Shown here in pieces: positions 24,326 through 39,109 of a stretch of DNA of 64,000 nt. Both the position numbers and the translations under genes were made by a program. The notes under the pieces were generated by a model that made no database searches, was not told the origin of the DNA, and saw only the letters and a list, made by a program, of their open reading frames with translations. Positions within the stretch are counted from its first letter, which is position 1, and every line of letters begins with the position of its first letter. The DNA comes from Octopus vulgaris (Eukaryota): the NCBI GenBank assembly GCA_951406725.2, contig OX597824.1, forward strand, positions 53,134,001 through 53,198,000, in the 5' to 3' direction.

Positions 24326-27300
24326 TAGTTTTATTTTTATAGCGTGCTTTCACTTCACTACCGAGCGCAGCTCTGTGTGCCTTGGGTATGTGCTGTGATT
24401 TGTTGTGATGCTCTGATGGTTATTGTATGGAAAGTGTTCTGCGTAGGATGTGTGCAGTGCCTAGTAGTGCAATTTTCTGTATGTTATATGTGCTTGTAAG
24501 TCCTGGTGTTTTTGTTATGTATTTGTCTGAATATTTTTTTATCATGCCTAATGCACCTACTATGATAGGAATTGTTTCTGTTTTCAGATTCCACATTCTA
24601 GTTACCTCTATTTCCGGGTATTTGTATTTTGAAAGTTTCTCCATTTCTTTTAGAGACACGTTGTCATCTGCTGGTATTGATACATCAAATAGAAAGCATT
24701 TTTTTCTTCATGATCTCTGACAACTATATCTGGTTTGTTGGCCTTAATTTCTCTATCTGTGTGTATTGGCATATCCCAGAGTATGGTTGCTTTCTCGTTT
24801 TCTGTTACCTTTTCTGGTGTGTGCCTATACCATCTTTTTTCTGTTGTTATTCCATAATGTTGGCATAGCTTCCAGTGTATGTAGGTCCCAACTCTGTCGT
24901 GTCTGTGGATATATTCCTTCTTGGCCAGGACTGGGCAGCCAGAGAAAATATGATTTATTGTTTCTTGTCCATTTCCACATATTCTGCAGTTACTTATATT
25001 TCTTTTCATTACATGTTTTTGGTAATTTCTGGTGCGGAGGCTTTGGTCTTGTGCTGCAATTAAAAATCCCCTGTCTCTGCTTTGAGTCCTGAGCTTCTCA
25101 ACCATTGCTGGGATTTTTCTTTGTCTATTTCTTTTGCATTTAGTTTAGTCCAGTATTTGCCATGAAGGGGTTTTTCTTGCCATCGCTTTATCATGGTCCG
25201 TTGCTGTTCTAGTTTTAGTTTGGATTTCATTTGTTTTATAGCTTTTATTGTTTCTTCATTTTCTTCTTCTTCATATTTGTTAGGTGGTGTGATTTCTCGT
25301 TTGTATTTGTCAGCTTCCTTAAATACTGAGAACAGTTTTTTGTTTTGCTCGTTTTGCCGCTATCTGGATCAGTTTTCCTTCCTTCTGAAGTAGATATTTT
25401 TGCAGTCCTATGGTGGTTATTTTTAGTAGATTTCCAGCTGTATAAGGCCTCTACCACCTTATATAAGTTGTATATATAGCCTTTCTATATCAGATTTTGG
25501 GTGATGCATCCTAGATCCTGTAATTACTTTTCTTGTTTCCCTATCTATTTTGGTCAATTCATTTAGTGTCCAGTTCAGGATATTGTAGCTGTAACTTATA
25601 ACTGGGACGGCGAAAGGGTTAATACCTATTATCTTGTTTTTAGCATTGAGCTCTGTTTTTAGTATTGATCTAACTCGTCTATAATATTCTTTTTTTATCT
25701 TCTCTTTCATTTGTGTGTGTTGTGTCTTATCTAGTTCATTGATTCCTAAGTATTTGTAAGTTTGGCTTTGGTCTAATTCTCTTATTTCATTGGTTTTATC
25801 AAGTGGGATGTTGCTACTCTTAACTAGTTTTCCTCTTTTCATGGTTACTTTGGCGCATTTTTCTAATCCAAATTTCATATCTATTTCTTTGGTAAATCCA
25901 TGAACTGTCTTTAGTAGTGTTTCCAGCTGTTTGTCATTTGTAGCGTATAGTTTTAGGTCATCCATATATAAAAGGTGGCTGATCGTTTTGCCGTAACATT
26001 TATATCCGCATCCAGTTCTATTTAGTATATCAGTTAGAGGTGATAGTGCCAAGTAGAAAAGGAGTGGAGACAGCGTATCTCCCTGGAATATTCCTCTTCT
26101 AATGGGGATGGCTTTGGTTTTCACGAGTCCCTCTTTTGTTTGGAGCTGTAGCACTGTCTGCCATTTATTCATAGAGTGTCCTATGTATTTTATAATTGTT
26201 GGTGCTACTTTGTTAATGGCTACTGTTTCGAGGATCCATGTGTGGGGAATGCTATCAAACGCCTTTCTGTAGTCGATCCAGGCCATACTGAGGCCTTTCT
26301 TCTTTCTGTGGCTGTCTTCAGTTATGGCTTTATTGATCATTATTTGATCTTTACAGCCATATGAGCCTTTGTGGCATCCTTTCTGCTCTTTTGGAAACAG
26401 GTTGTTTTCGTCCAGGTGCTTGTTCAATCTTTGTGATATTACTGCAGTAAATGCCTTGTACATTGTAGGGAGACAGGTTACAGGTCTGTAGTTTTCTGGT
26501 TTTGCTGTCTCAATTGATTTGGGAATTAAGATGGTTTTCCCCTTCATGAGCCATTCAGGCATTGTCTCTGGCTCTGCCAGTAAGTTGTTAAAGTTTTCAG
26601 CCAGGTTTTTGTGCATTCCTGTCAGATATTTCAACCAGAAGTTAGGGAGCTTGTCATGCCCAGATGCCTTCCAGTTGCTTAGTCTTTGCAGTGCCTGGGT
26701 GACCTCTTCAGTTGTTATGGTGGTCCAAAGTTGCTCAGATGCTAAGTTTCTGGTTTTAATACCCCCTTTTTTTTTTGGTTGTTCATTCGCCAACCATATT
26801 TCTTTCCAGAATTCTTCCACTTCTTCTGCCGTTGGTGCTGCAGTGATGTCTATTTTATTTTTGCCAAGTTCTTGGTAGAACTTTTTGGGGTTGGAGTTGA
26901 ACAGTTTGTTTTTTTTCAAAGAAACGTTGGCGTTTCTCATACCGGCGGATCCTTTGTGCTTTGGCAAGGATATCTTGCTTTAGCTTTTCTTTTATCTCAA
27001 GTAAATCTTTTTCTGTGATGTTGTATTTGCACAGTATTTTTGTTTTCTTTTTGTTGCTTAGTAGCGTTGATTGTCTACTTATTTCGTTAAGAATCGACAG
27101 ATCTTTTCTCATTTTTTGTATTTTTTTGGATCCACAGGGTTTGTTTGGGTGGTGGTACTCCTGTTTGAATGGGTTTGAGGGAGGAGTATCCAGCTTCTTT
27201 TGTGGCTGCAGTGGCTGCTGCATATACTAAGTCATTTAGCTCAGTGATATTGCTATTTGTCTCAGTGGCTATTATTTCCGTGGCGGCTAGGTTTATGCTA

Positions 27301-27478
27301 TTTATAATTGATGTTGTTTTTTTGTCTATTTTGATTTTTGGGAGGTATGGTCGGAGGTCCATCTTGAGATCTGTGGTTTTCAGTTCTTTGATTATTCTAC
27401 TTTTTATTGTATCATAATCATTAGGCTCTCCTAAACCGATTATAGCAGCGGCCCCATCTAAGAATATCTGAAGAATGG
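24326..27478 (-). mobile_element. R4/Dong-clade RLE non-LTR retrotransposon, second longer copy
   Basis: 502-aa RT-containing ORF at 25459-26967 plus upstream and downstream frameshifted fragments; 3' UTR essentially identical to copy 1; flanked by (TTA/TCA)n. Confidence 0.92.
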
Positions 27479-27550
<72 letters not shown>

Positions 27551-28079
27551 GAGAGAGAGCAATGAGGCCATCAAAGTAACAGTGGGGTAGAAATATACGA
27601 AGCCCAATATATCCCTCATGACTACCCGTCTCGTCTGATAAGGGTACGCCGGGCACATGCATTACATATGTGATGCTTGTGAACGACATGGTGACCTTAT
27701 ATCAAGAAAAACAGTGCATGACCTTGCAGGTGAATGCCCAGTTAGAATTTTCTTCAGGTTGAGTAGCCCATCCCGCTCAAATGGTCCTTGAATGAGAATT
27801 TTTTTAGGATGTTGAATGAAGCACCCATGTTTTCAGAGGTGAATTTTTCAAGCGCCAAAGAATTTCTTTCAACACATGGCTATGATGCTCTCCCACTACT
27901 CCTGCTCGTGATCAGAGGTGCACATATTGTCAACAACTAAGGAACATACCCAAATGGTTATGGTCAAACGACTGACAAGCAACTCTGTGGTACTGAGCAG
28001 AATATTTGCTGTAGCCCATCGTTTTATACAAGGACAAAACATGTACATAACGCTTCCAATCAGTTAAGATCAGAAGCCA

Positions 28080-28080
<1 letters not shown>
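27551..28080 (-). mobile_element. About 530-bp non-coding interspersed repeat in (TTA)n, copy 2
   Basis: Homologous to 23606-24137. Confidence 0.75.
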
Positions 28081-28131
<51 letters not shown>

Positions 28132-28143
28132 CATTATTATTAT

Positions 28144-28190
<47 letters not shown>

Positions 28191-28379
28191 GGTCATTATC
28201 CGCTGCTACCTTGCCGGTAAAAATATTTGTTAATGAGTGTACCTTCTTTTGATAATAGGCTATTATATAGTGAAAGTCTAGTTAGTTACTATGATGACAA
28301 CGCTACCTATCTATTTATCTTTGACACACATTTTCACTATCTCTCTAACATTAATTTAAAGATCCTTGAGATTAGCATA

Positions 28380-28970
28380 TCAATTACACTTAGGAATGGG
28401 CTGTCACTTTAGAGAAATTTCTTAACGGCAAAGGTCTAGACATCAGTTACCTTCGACCGTGTCTGATATACAAACCTCTTAAACAAATTGCCTGCTTACA
28501 GGCTCCACCCATCTCTTATGTCTTGGATCGGTAGTTTCCGATCATGGCACGCATTTATGGTGCTTTCTGTACTGCGCTCTCAATCATCTTTTAGTGCTCC
28601 ACAGTTTGATTTTGTCCCCTATTCTCTTCTTTATACATCAACGACCTACTTAGTTTCAACAATACCCATTCTTATAGGTACTGTCATCACTTGCTAACTA
28701 CCCCCAACCATGCATCAACCACACGTAAGCTAGACACTATGCGCCAAAACTGCCCTAATTCCAACCATAAAGAACTGGAGAGCATTTTCTAGTGGACCCA
28801 CGCCAGTCTCCTCTCTTTTAACAGCAAAAAAACCTTCACGTACTACATATGTCAAGAAAATTGAGCCAAACTACACACCGCTAAATATGAGCAACACTAT
28901 ACTAGAAACCTCATAGTCGCTTCAAGTACTGGGCTTCACTATCACTGATGAACCTTCTTAGGGAAAGCAT
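28380..28970 (+). mobile_element. Decayed LINE RT fragment (CR1/Jockey-like)
   Basis: LDIS.FDRV...LLNKLPAYRLHPSLMSWIGSF resembles the RT motif LDISKAFDRVWH..LL.KL..YG....L..WI.SFL. Confidence 0.6.
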
Positions 28971-29039
28971 AACTAGGATCGCATCTCAAAGAAGCGATTT
29001 CAAACCGAGAACAGAATTGTCTAGGAATGCGATACTGAA

Positions 29040-30315
29040 AACGAATGTGTGAGACAAGGATAGAAAAACTTATTACCAGTCAGAGAATAAAAACTTCATG
29101 AGTGGAAAATGAAATCATGATAAAACAATGGCTAACTTAGTTTGATATATAAGAGATCATCAGAGCAGTCGAAGATGAAGAATATGGTTATATACGAAAA
29201 GAAATTTAACAAGAAACGGCAGAAAGATCAATGAATCATCAAGAGAAGAGAATTAGTAAGTTTTATTTCGAAGAGAGAAAAGATATAAAACAGGAAAGTA
29301 GCTTACTTTTACGTTTCAATGAAAAGAAATATAGATAGAACGAGATTACCAGCTTTGAAAGGAATTAAAAGTGAAAAGCTACGGAAGGAAACCGGATAAA
29401 CTATTAACAAATATCAAAGTTGAGAATATGACAGACGTAAATGATCTCATATACTGTGTAGAGCAGGAAAATTAGTCAAAGACATATGGTGGTAAAATAC
29501 TTAAGACTTCAGTTAAGCAGCTCAATAAAGATAGTGGATGGGTAATTACTACAATTGAAAAGAATTCTGTTAGGAAAAGTTTAAAGACAAGCTTCAAAGA
29601 AAGTATAACATCAAACACGGAGGATCAAGTGTTGCTAAAGAAATGATATGCTAAAAAATTTAAAGGAAAGTCCATATTTAAAGAGAAAAATAGGAATGGA
29701 ACGAAAGCTCAACATCTAACAAAAGGATTGTATGCCAATAGGTAAAAATACAATGAGGCAACAGATTAAAGTGAAGACAGAGAAAGTCAGAAGGTTCGAC
29801 GAGTGGAGTTCTTCAGGAAAAACAAGATATCTAGGGAATTCTGAAGAACAGGACAAAGGGGTTATATAGATTCCACAACAGGACCAACATAAACACATAG
29901 AGATAGTCAAACCACCGAGACCACTACCATCTTCAACAAGACTAACAACTGAAAGTATCCGGGGGTGGATGGAATGGCCAACATCTGGATGAAGAATCTG
30001 CTCGGCATTCACGAAATTTTCGCATGGGTTCATAGCTGCAAAAATGATCTAGAGAAATAATCTGATTTGCAAGAGGAGACACAGAACCCAACAGAGACAA
30101 CAGAGAAGACACAAAACCCAAAGAATTACAGACTCATTACTTGTGTGCGAACCATGTAAAACATCAATATCTCCAACAACAGAATAAAAGGAAACAACAA
30201 CAATGTTAGTAGAGAGTGAGTCAATGGTAGAGGAATATATTTGTAACCATGATGATGGTTTTAATGTCAAATGCAGCGGGAAAATTATTAAGGAACAACA
30301 TTTGATTAATTATTA
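29040..30315 (+). mobile_element. Old R4/Dong-like LINE remnant
   Basis: PGVDGMANIWMKNL (about 29958-30000) and NYRLITCVRTM (about 30123) parallel APGHDKIPNFWLKYL and NYRPITCLPTM of the young copies. Confidence 0.6.
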
Positions 30316-31869
30316 AAATGGTCACTTATTAAGTAGGTTATAATATTAATCGTTACAATATAAAATTGACGACGTCGTCCCGTCGTTGCGAGTACACAAG
30401 TTATTTGTTTGGTACTGTAAGATATGCTCTGTGAATCCATGGTTCAGTATGTATGTTAGTGGTTTAGTTTTATCACTATCATTATAACTACAGAGAATGG
30501 TAATTCTATTACCGAGTGTCACTCTTTGACTAGGGACCGGTCGATGCTCTTGGTTTGGTGTCGTATTTACGAAAGAGGGAATATATAAGCAGGGTGTTGT
30601 CTCTTTCCTTTACATCGCTACCGAAGTGCTCAATGATCAGAGGCAGGAACCAAAGAGGAAGATAGCTATTTGCGTGTGTATTTATATTGTTGATCTAAAG
30701 CAATAGATTTTTCTAGTATTATCTGTCTTAACCCTTCCACGACCTGAGAAAAATCAAGAGGTCAACTTATTCACATCAGGTTTAAAAAATGCATTATAAG
30801 AATATTGATGCGCATAAATTTGGTGTCTTCGTAGAATTCGTCATCGCGACATAAAATTGAAATATAATTATGCTGTGATTTATAAACGTAGTAACAGGTA
30901 AACGAATAAAAGTTCGCAGTGTAGACAGCATAGTAAATAGTACGAAACAGTTTAAACAAAGAAAAGAAATATTAAATAACTAACTTGATTGGGAGGTGTG
31001 TCTTTTGCTAAAACTCAGGTGCAGAAATGTAAGTAAGAAAGTGTATGCAAAGTTCTTGAGAGTCTATAATTGTCTATAAATGCACAAAAGTTCGTTGATA
31101 AGGCAGGATCTTTTTTTTAACTTCGGGACACGTGAGAAAATATGTGGCCATCGAAAAAGTTGCACTTGTGGGCTTCCGTAGATTTGTGTAATGTAGTTCT
31201 TTGTGGTTGATTTCGAAAATGTTGACCTTCCGGGCTTCCATAGATTCAGCGAGTAAAATGTAGACAGAGGTTATTTTTCTGTATTTGCTATTGTGCTTAC
31301 AGTTTAAGTTGTTGGTCCCGGGGAACGGTATTTGACGAGAAGACTCCAATCTTTAAGGAAGGCTGTAATTCACTTAAGTGGAATGTAAGGATATATTGCA
31401 ACTGGTAATAGAGTGTAACGATTTATTGCAATTGGTTCAGGAGGCGTGCAGGTCTTTATTCAGGAGTCACCAAAAATGTAACAGACTATTCTACGGTTAA
31501 ATATGCTCAAACTTTGTGAGACAGTGTAATTAAACAGCATGGAGAAAAAAATACTGCTTACAGTTTTTATTTTCTTCTAAATTCCACGTATGGTCAATAA
31601 AAAAATTGTTGTAGTCGGCTGTAGTGGTACAAGGAGACTAACAATGATAGCTCGCGCATCCATAGATGTGTGTCTGTTTTGGAAAAGCTGCTTGCTAGAA
31701 AGCAACAGACGTTCAGTGTGTGGAAGCGAAAAATACTGACCGCTAACGTTCTCTGAGGGTTCGTAATTATACCTATTCGAAAGCTGAATGCACATCGAAG
31801 AACAATGGAAAACAATTATCTAATCTATGTTAACCTGTATATGCGTGTATGCTGGAGTGTGAATGTGTG

Positions 31870-32201
<332 letters not shown>

Positions 32202-32853
32202 TTCGTTTCAGCACACGATCTCAGATCAAATTACTTGCTATGCGAGTACATCTCCGTAATATATATATATATATACATATGGGATCTTTTCTAAAAGAAG
32301 GCCAGATTTTTCTAGTTAACTAAACAATTTGAAACTTCGTATACTGGTAGAATGTGTCAAAAGAAAACATAATTGTAAACCAAAATGAAAACGGAATTGT
32401 AATTTATAAATTTAATGTTGTTTAATAATTCGAATTTTAACCAATGGTATTCTTTGTTTCGACCTCATATCATTTACTGCCTCTCAAAATAGTGTTACCG
32501 TGACGTAAACAGCTATTTTGTGACGTACTTAACGTAAACATGTAAATAGCTAAAACGTAAACATCCGCTTATCGTAAACAGCTAAATTCGCTTGGCATCG
32601 TACACAGCTTTTTCAGTTCCCTAGAATTATATTTGAAACAAAATAAAAAGAAAAAGATTCATACGCATAAATATCCATCCTTAGACATCAGAAAGATTAG
32701 AAATGCAACAAAAATTTTAAATACCGGATCTTTACCTTTTGACTTACAGATTTAAAAAATAATTTTTTCTAACTAAACACTTTCAAACTTCGTGGAGTAT
32801 ATATAAAATTTGTGTAGATCCTAAATAGCTACACACACATGTATACAAACATA

Positions 32854-32890
<37 letters not shown>

Positions 32891-33523
32891 CTATACACAC
32901 ATATTCTAATGCATATGCATATATGTGTATATATTTATAATGTGTGTGTATTATAGATGCATACATTATATATATATAAAAGATGTTTACATACAATATA
33001 TATATATATATGTTATATACATCTACATGTATATGTATGTATGAATATATAAGTACCACAGAATTTGAATCAAACTGTTTTGATCCATACATACACACAC
33101 ACACACACATATATACATACATACATACATACATACATACATACATACATACATACACACACACATACTAAAATTACATCGTTGGAGCAGTAATTTATTT
33201 ATGTATTTTTTGTTATACAATTTATTTTTAAGCTGAATCCCTATCCTGCCATTAACCCCTTTCTTATAAAATAGTTGAAGAATCTAGGGTGTAGGAATTG
33301 GGCCAGTATTGGAACTTTTAACTTCTTGCCCTCTATCTTATGATCTCCGAAATTTAAGAATCTTGTGTTAACTGGGCTCTTATTATTTACTCTGACTCTG
33401 ACTCTGCCACCACCTCAATGCAAAGACTATCAATATCAGAATCATCCCGTTCCGTAATCTAAAAAGATTTTCAAAATTGTCAGTTTCAAAGTGAGAATCA
33501 CTAATTTTGTAATCCTTATGACC

Positions 33524-34774
33524 TGTCCATCGGATTATTAAAACTTCCATTTATATTTTTATCGGAAACTATTGTTACGTATCCCGTAGTTCTTACCACT
33601 ACGTCAGTGAAAATCGAAATAAAATACTTAAAGCAACAGTCTTCAAATGCAAAAGCCAAAGAACTGTTAATTATTTGAATATCACTTGCAATATTCCCTT
33701 TGGAGATAAAACAGCATTCAGTCTGACGTATAGGTGTCGACATGGGGTATGTACTATGGGAGAGCGCATTGTGCTTATCCTAATTCACATCAATTTCACA
33801 CGGAGGTTCATATAGATTGCCTTCCTGCCAACCGAACTGTTTACATTACTTTTGTCCTGTTTCTTCCGCCATCCTGTTCATTAACCGACGTTCTAAACGA
33901 TTCCTTTCTACGTTTTCACATTAAATGACAGGTATATGTAAACAAAGCTTGCTATTTGTAAATACAGTCTCATTTTGATTTAAATATTAGACCACGAACA
34001 ACTGTATTCATTTCTGCGTTTTCACACGTTTGTAAGTGGCTAAAAAAATCGATATCACTCTAACTTTAAATTAACTGTAATCAACCACGTGCATTCGCGG
34101 TCAAATGTGTTCTTACGGCTGTTTTTCGTGCAATAAACCACCCGACATGAAAAACTACGAAGAAAAGGCAGTTACTTTAAGTGAGCAAAACAGTGAAAAT
34201 AAAGCAAATAAATAACTGGTGATTACTCAATTTTCTGAAGATATTGTCAACAAAATTCAATTGAAAGTAGATAAGACTTATTGATTGCTTATAAACGTGA
34301 AAAATTTGCGAGGTTACATCTGAAACTTTGCCTAACGTTTCTCATCCAACTTTAAAAATAAGTGGTATTGTTCAATTTTTGAGATAAAATTGATTTGTAA
34401 AGAAAATGCCTTATGTTACTTTATTGCACATTGTATTATTTCACCTTCGAGTTTCAACTCATTTTGTGCCAGTTTTTGAGAGAATAGATACTTCCCTAAG
34501 GATTTTTGTGCTTTTATTGAGTAGCAGTTTCTGCTTGCTTGTCCATCGGGTGATTAAAACTTCCATTTATATTTTTATTCGAAACTAATGTTACTTACCA
34601 CCACTCCATGAAAATCGAAATAAGATATGTAAAGCAACAGTCGTCAAATGCAAAAGCCAAAGAACTGTTTGGTACTTAAACATCATTTACAATATTCACT
34701 CTGGAGATAAAACAGCGTTCAGTCTGACGTATATGTGTCAACATAAGGTATGTACTATGGAAGAATACATTGTG
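33524..34774. repeat. Diverged direct repeats of about 240 bp (33524-33773 and 34540-34774)
   Basis: tgtccatcgg...aaaacttccatttatatttt...gtatgtactatgg...cattgtg occurs twice. Confidence 0.85.
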
Positions 34775-35173
34775 AAATTATGTGAAAATGCATGAATGCA
34801 AAACGTTTAAGGTTAATTATGCTGTCAGATTCCACTGGAAGTTGTATATATTGTGAGCTGAACAGCTTTCCTTCATTTCATTGGCCTCGTGACAATTTTG
34901 AAAAGCTTCACTGTGTTAAGATTCAGTATATATATATACATATATATATATATAAGTTCATACATATATACATATATACACATACACATATATATATACA
35001 TACATAAATATATATATACACAAATTGGAGAAAAAAAACACTATTATGCAATTCAAGCAATGATTGACATAAACCAAATCATAAATAACAAATAACAAAT
35101 AAAATATATTTAAAAAATATAATAGATCACAAAAAGTACAAAAATGATTAAACAATATATAATGAGTAATAAG

Positions 35174-35221
<48 letters not shown>

Positions 35222-35225
<4 letters not shown>

Positions 35226-35445
35226 GGGGGGGGAGTTCACGAAAAAACAAAAGACGAAGACAGGTGGTGTAGAAAACAAACAGATGTATTAGTATAACGC
35301 TCAGGAATTGAAAAAGTCTTTTACGTTTCGAGCCTACGCTCTTCTACAGAAAGGAACACAGAAAGAAACAAGGAGAGAAACAAGGAGAGAGAAAAAAGGT
35401 GTGTAGTGGTTACTGATCTATCATGGCAACTGCCGGACAGAAGGG
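35222..35445 (-). mobile_element. Penelope-type pLTR-like element with hammerhead-like motif (35318-35353)
   Basis: Minus strand cttt-CTGTAGA-a-gagc gtag gctc-GAAA-cgTA-aaag; same family as 50890-51052; abuts (TA)n. Confidence 0.7.
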
Positions 35446-36499
35446 TCACACAGGAGAGCGAAGAAGTAGGGAAGATAACAAAGTTAAGATGATCCCCAAA
35501 ACGAAGGTGCGTGTGTGTGTAAGAGAGTACGTATGTGCCTGTGAAAGAGGGTTGGTGGTCTTGACGTGTGCGTGTGTGTATATGTAGGTGTGAAAATGTG
35601 GGGATAGGAATTGGTTAGTGCTGGCATGTGGGTGGTGTGTTGTGATGTGTAGAGTGGTATGGTGTAGTGTGGAGTGGTGTGATGTTGTTGGGAGGTGGGC
35701 AGGAGAGAGTGGGGAAAGCACGGGTGGGGTGTGGATTAGGATGAAGGTTGGGGTAGAGTAGGGGTATGTGGGTAGGCAGAGGGTGGGGGTAGAGGTGGGG
35801 TTTGTGGGTAAGTAGAGGGTGGGTGTAGAAGTGGGGGTTTTGGGTAGGCAGAGGGTGGGGGTAGAGGTAGGGTATGTGGGAGAGGGTGTAAGGGATGGGA
35901 TTTTACAGCCTTGGATTTTTATTTCATTCTGTTAATTTTTATATAATAGCATGCTGATATATGACCTACGTTGACTCCTCATTCGCATAATCACTGAACC
36001 TGGAGCTTAACTGTAGTCTGTACATAGCACTTACTCGGCATTACCTGACACCTTTGGGTCTTCTTGACACCATTACCTCTCATAACCTAAATATATATAT
36101 ATGTATGTATGTATGTATGTATTTATGTATGTATATATTACTAATTTTGAGAATACCATGCGACATCTATTTGAAGAATATGATGCGATTTAAATAATTT
36201 GAATAACTTTTCTTTCTATTTTCTGAAATGCTCTGAAAAAGGTATTGTTCGTTTGTATTTAGTCTTAGCACATTTAATGACATGCAAGCACATATTTAAA
36301 TAGTTATATATTATACAAATGGTAATATATTGGTGAAGATCTATGTCTAAACGTAATTTCGTGTGTAGATAGTTTCAGATGTACTGGATATATTAGAAAA
36401 AAGATATCAGACATATGTGAGGAAGTATATTTGTTGCGTAATGCGTATATGTACGAGCGCCCGTATATACCTACCTACATACATACATACATACATACA

Positions 36500-36532
<33 letters not shown>

Positions 36533-38416
36533 TGAGATATATACGCATATGTATTCACTTACACACACCTTACGTACATAAAACGCATACGAATAACGAG
36601 TTACAAATAGTACAAACACATAAAACACTTCCGTTGTGTGCGCGCCGATGTGTGTATGTGTCAGTCTGTCTGTCTGTCTTTCTGTATGTATGTATGTATG
36701 TATGTATGTATGTATGTATGTATGTATGTATGTATGTATGTATGTATGTATGTATGCGCGTGTGTGTGCATGGTTATGTATACTTACATCTCTGTGTGTT
36801 CAAGTTTAGTAAAGTAGGTATCTTCCATTTTTTTTAAATAAGAAATGTCTAAAATATCTACTGAAACCATATAACTGTATCCATGGCAGAAATCAGATTG
36901 AAGATATATGACCGAAATGTACGATTACCAGCTCGCAAACTCATATCAAACAAATTTATGAGTTGCAAGCAAATAGGTTATTAATAAAAAAAACAACATC
37001 TTCACTGCTCAAAATCACATATTTCTTAATATAAAAGGCGTTCTTTTTTAATTATTTTTTATCTGCTGAGTAATGTATGAACGAAAATATCGATTTATTT
37101 CTAGGTAACCAGACCCTGGAGTTAATTTTTTCATATATATTTTTCTAAAAGGATGCCGTGCATATAAAGTACCACTACCACCACCACTAATTCTCTCTTT
37201 TCGTCTTCTGCCATTACCTTTACTTTTTCAGTCTATCCTTCTCTCTTTTCTCATTACTCTCTCTTCACCGTGCGCGTCTATTTTACCACCTATTTTGTGA
37301 CCGATACCATTAAATGCAAAAGCGAAATTGGGAGCACAATTTATAGAAAGTATCATATCTAGTGACATAAAGCTGGAGGTACGCTTCAGGAAATTCTTTT
37401 AAACTATCACAGTTTTAAATTAATTCATATAAATTATATTAATTACACCCTTACTACCAGTGAGAAAAGTATAACCTTTTACTAAAATATAGTAATTTTG
37501 TACTCAATGAAAAAGTGAAGAGAAAGACACATAAAAAGTACAAATGGTTGTAAACAGGTTAATTTGATGGGTCCTCGGTAGGTAAGGGTCAGTTCTATCC
37601 TCTAAATTTAACCTTTCCACAATTTTCTTAGCCTGAAAGTTTAAATTGGTTAGATTAATTCGCTAGAAGAAGCAGGCTATAGAGCTTGATTAGTATACAA
37701 CCTTGGGAACCTAACTAGGATGAATTCAAGTATAAATAGAGTCCAATACATAGTAGTTGATGACACAAGGAAAAGTAATAGTAACTCGAAAAAGCCTCTT
37801 AGGCGTATAGCGAAACCAGAAGTTCCCACAATAGCAATAGCGGAATTAACCACAAAGTGGGCAACGTAAGCAATAATAATAATGACAAACACGATAAAGA
37901 AAATGTGGCTAAACCCCTAGCAAAAATTAGAGCCTAAGCAATACTAGGCCAGGTAAGAACAAGATCCCTAGAAATAAGAATATGCACGCATACATACACT
38001 AATTTCGCTTCGGATCCCATCTGTGGTCAGACCGTGAATAAATTCGCATAGTCGAAAATAGCTGAAAGCAAATGCAATTGCTATTTCTCTAAGGCGAAAT
38101 ATAGATGGAGTTCATAAAGGAGTTTCCTGTGTCAAACACAGACGAAAGCTTTGCTGATGATAAGGGCAATAATATGACTTTCTTCAAATTTCTTTTGGGT
38201 GAGAGTCCACTTGTGACATGTTGGGAACCGGTATCCAGTAGATCTTGTTTTAGAAAAGCTGTTTGAAGATCATGAAAGAGAAATAGAACTTCAAGTTTCG
38301 GAGAATGTCATATTTCATGGTTTTAGTTTGTAAATAGTATAAAAACACGTTCAAACGCGCAGACACACAGAGTGTCACATATACATACATGCATGCATAC
38401 ATACATACATACATAC

Positions 38417-38514
<98 letters not shown>

Positions 38515-39066
38515 GTGCGCACACACACACACACACATGCATACATGAACGAGGAAACACAGAGCGACAGACAGACAGACAAAGACCATCCTGAAGCAGT
38601 GACGTTGTTCTGTCTTCCTTTTCCAAAACTGAACTCTTAGAAAAGGAAGTAGGTAAAACGTTCCTTCATTTCTGTCAAACTGGTTTACGGTCTTTATCAA
38701 TGATAATTTGAATGACATTGAGAAAAAGCTATAAATCACAACAGATTACCTTTAATGATTTATCTTTACAATTACATCTGCCATTTTATTTTCTTCTTAA
38801 TCCTCATATCCTTCACCTTCGTTATCTTCATTTCCTTCCTTTTCTTCTACTTTATCATCAATTGTAATAGCTACTTTCTTCTCTTGTTCTTTTTTCTCAT
38901 AGAGTGTCTTATCCTCTTCCTCTACCTTCTCCTTTGTCTATTGTCATGGCAACTCTCACTATACTTACACGTTATTCTCTTGTGTTTTTTTAATTTCATA
39001 TTACTCTCTTGATTTTCATTTAATCTTCTGCAATAATTTTCACTGCTACTATTGCTGCTGCTGCTG

Positions 39067-39109
<43 letters not shown>

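Noticed and set aside
38113-38160. Hammerhead-like ctgtgt-caa-acacag...gaaagct with a nearby ctgatga
   Set aside because: The core elements are not in a consistent order with supporting stems.
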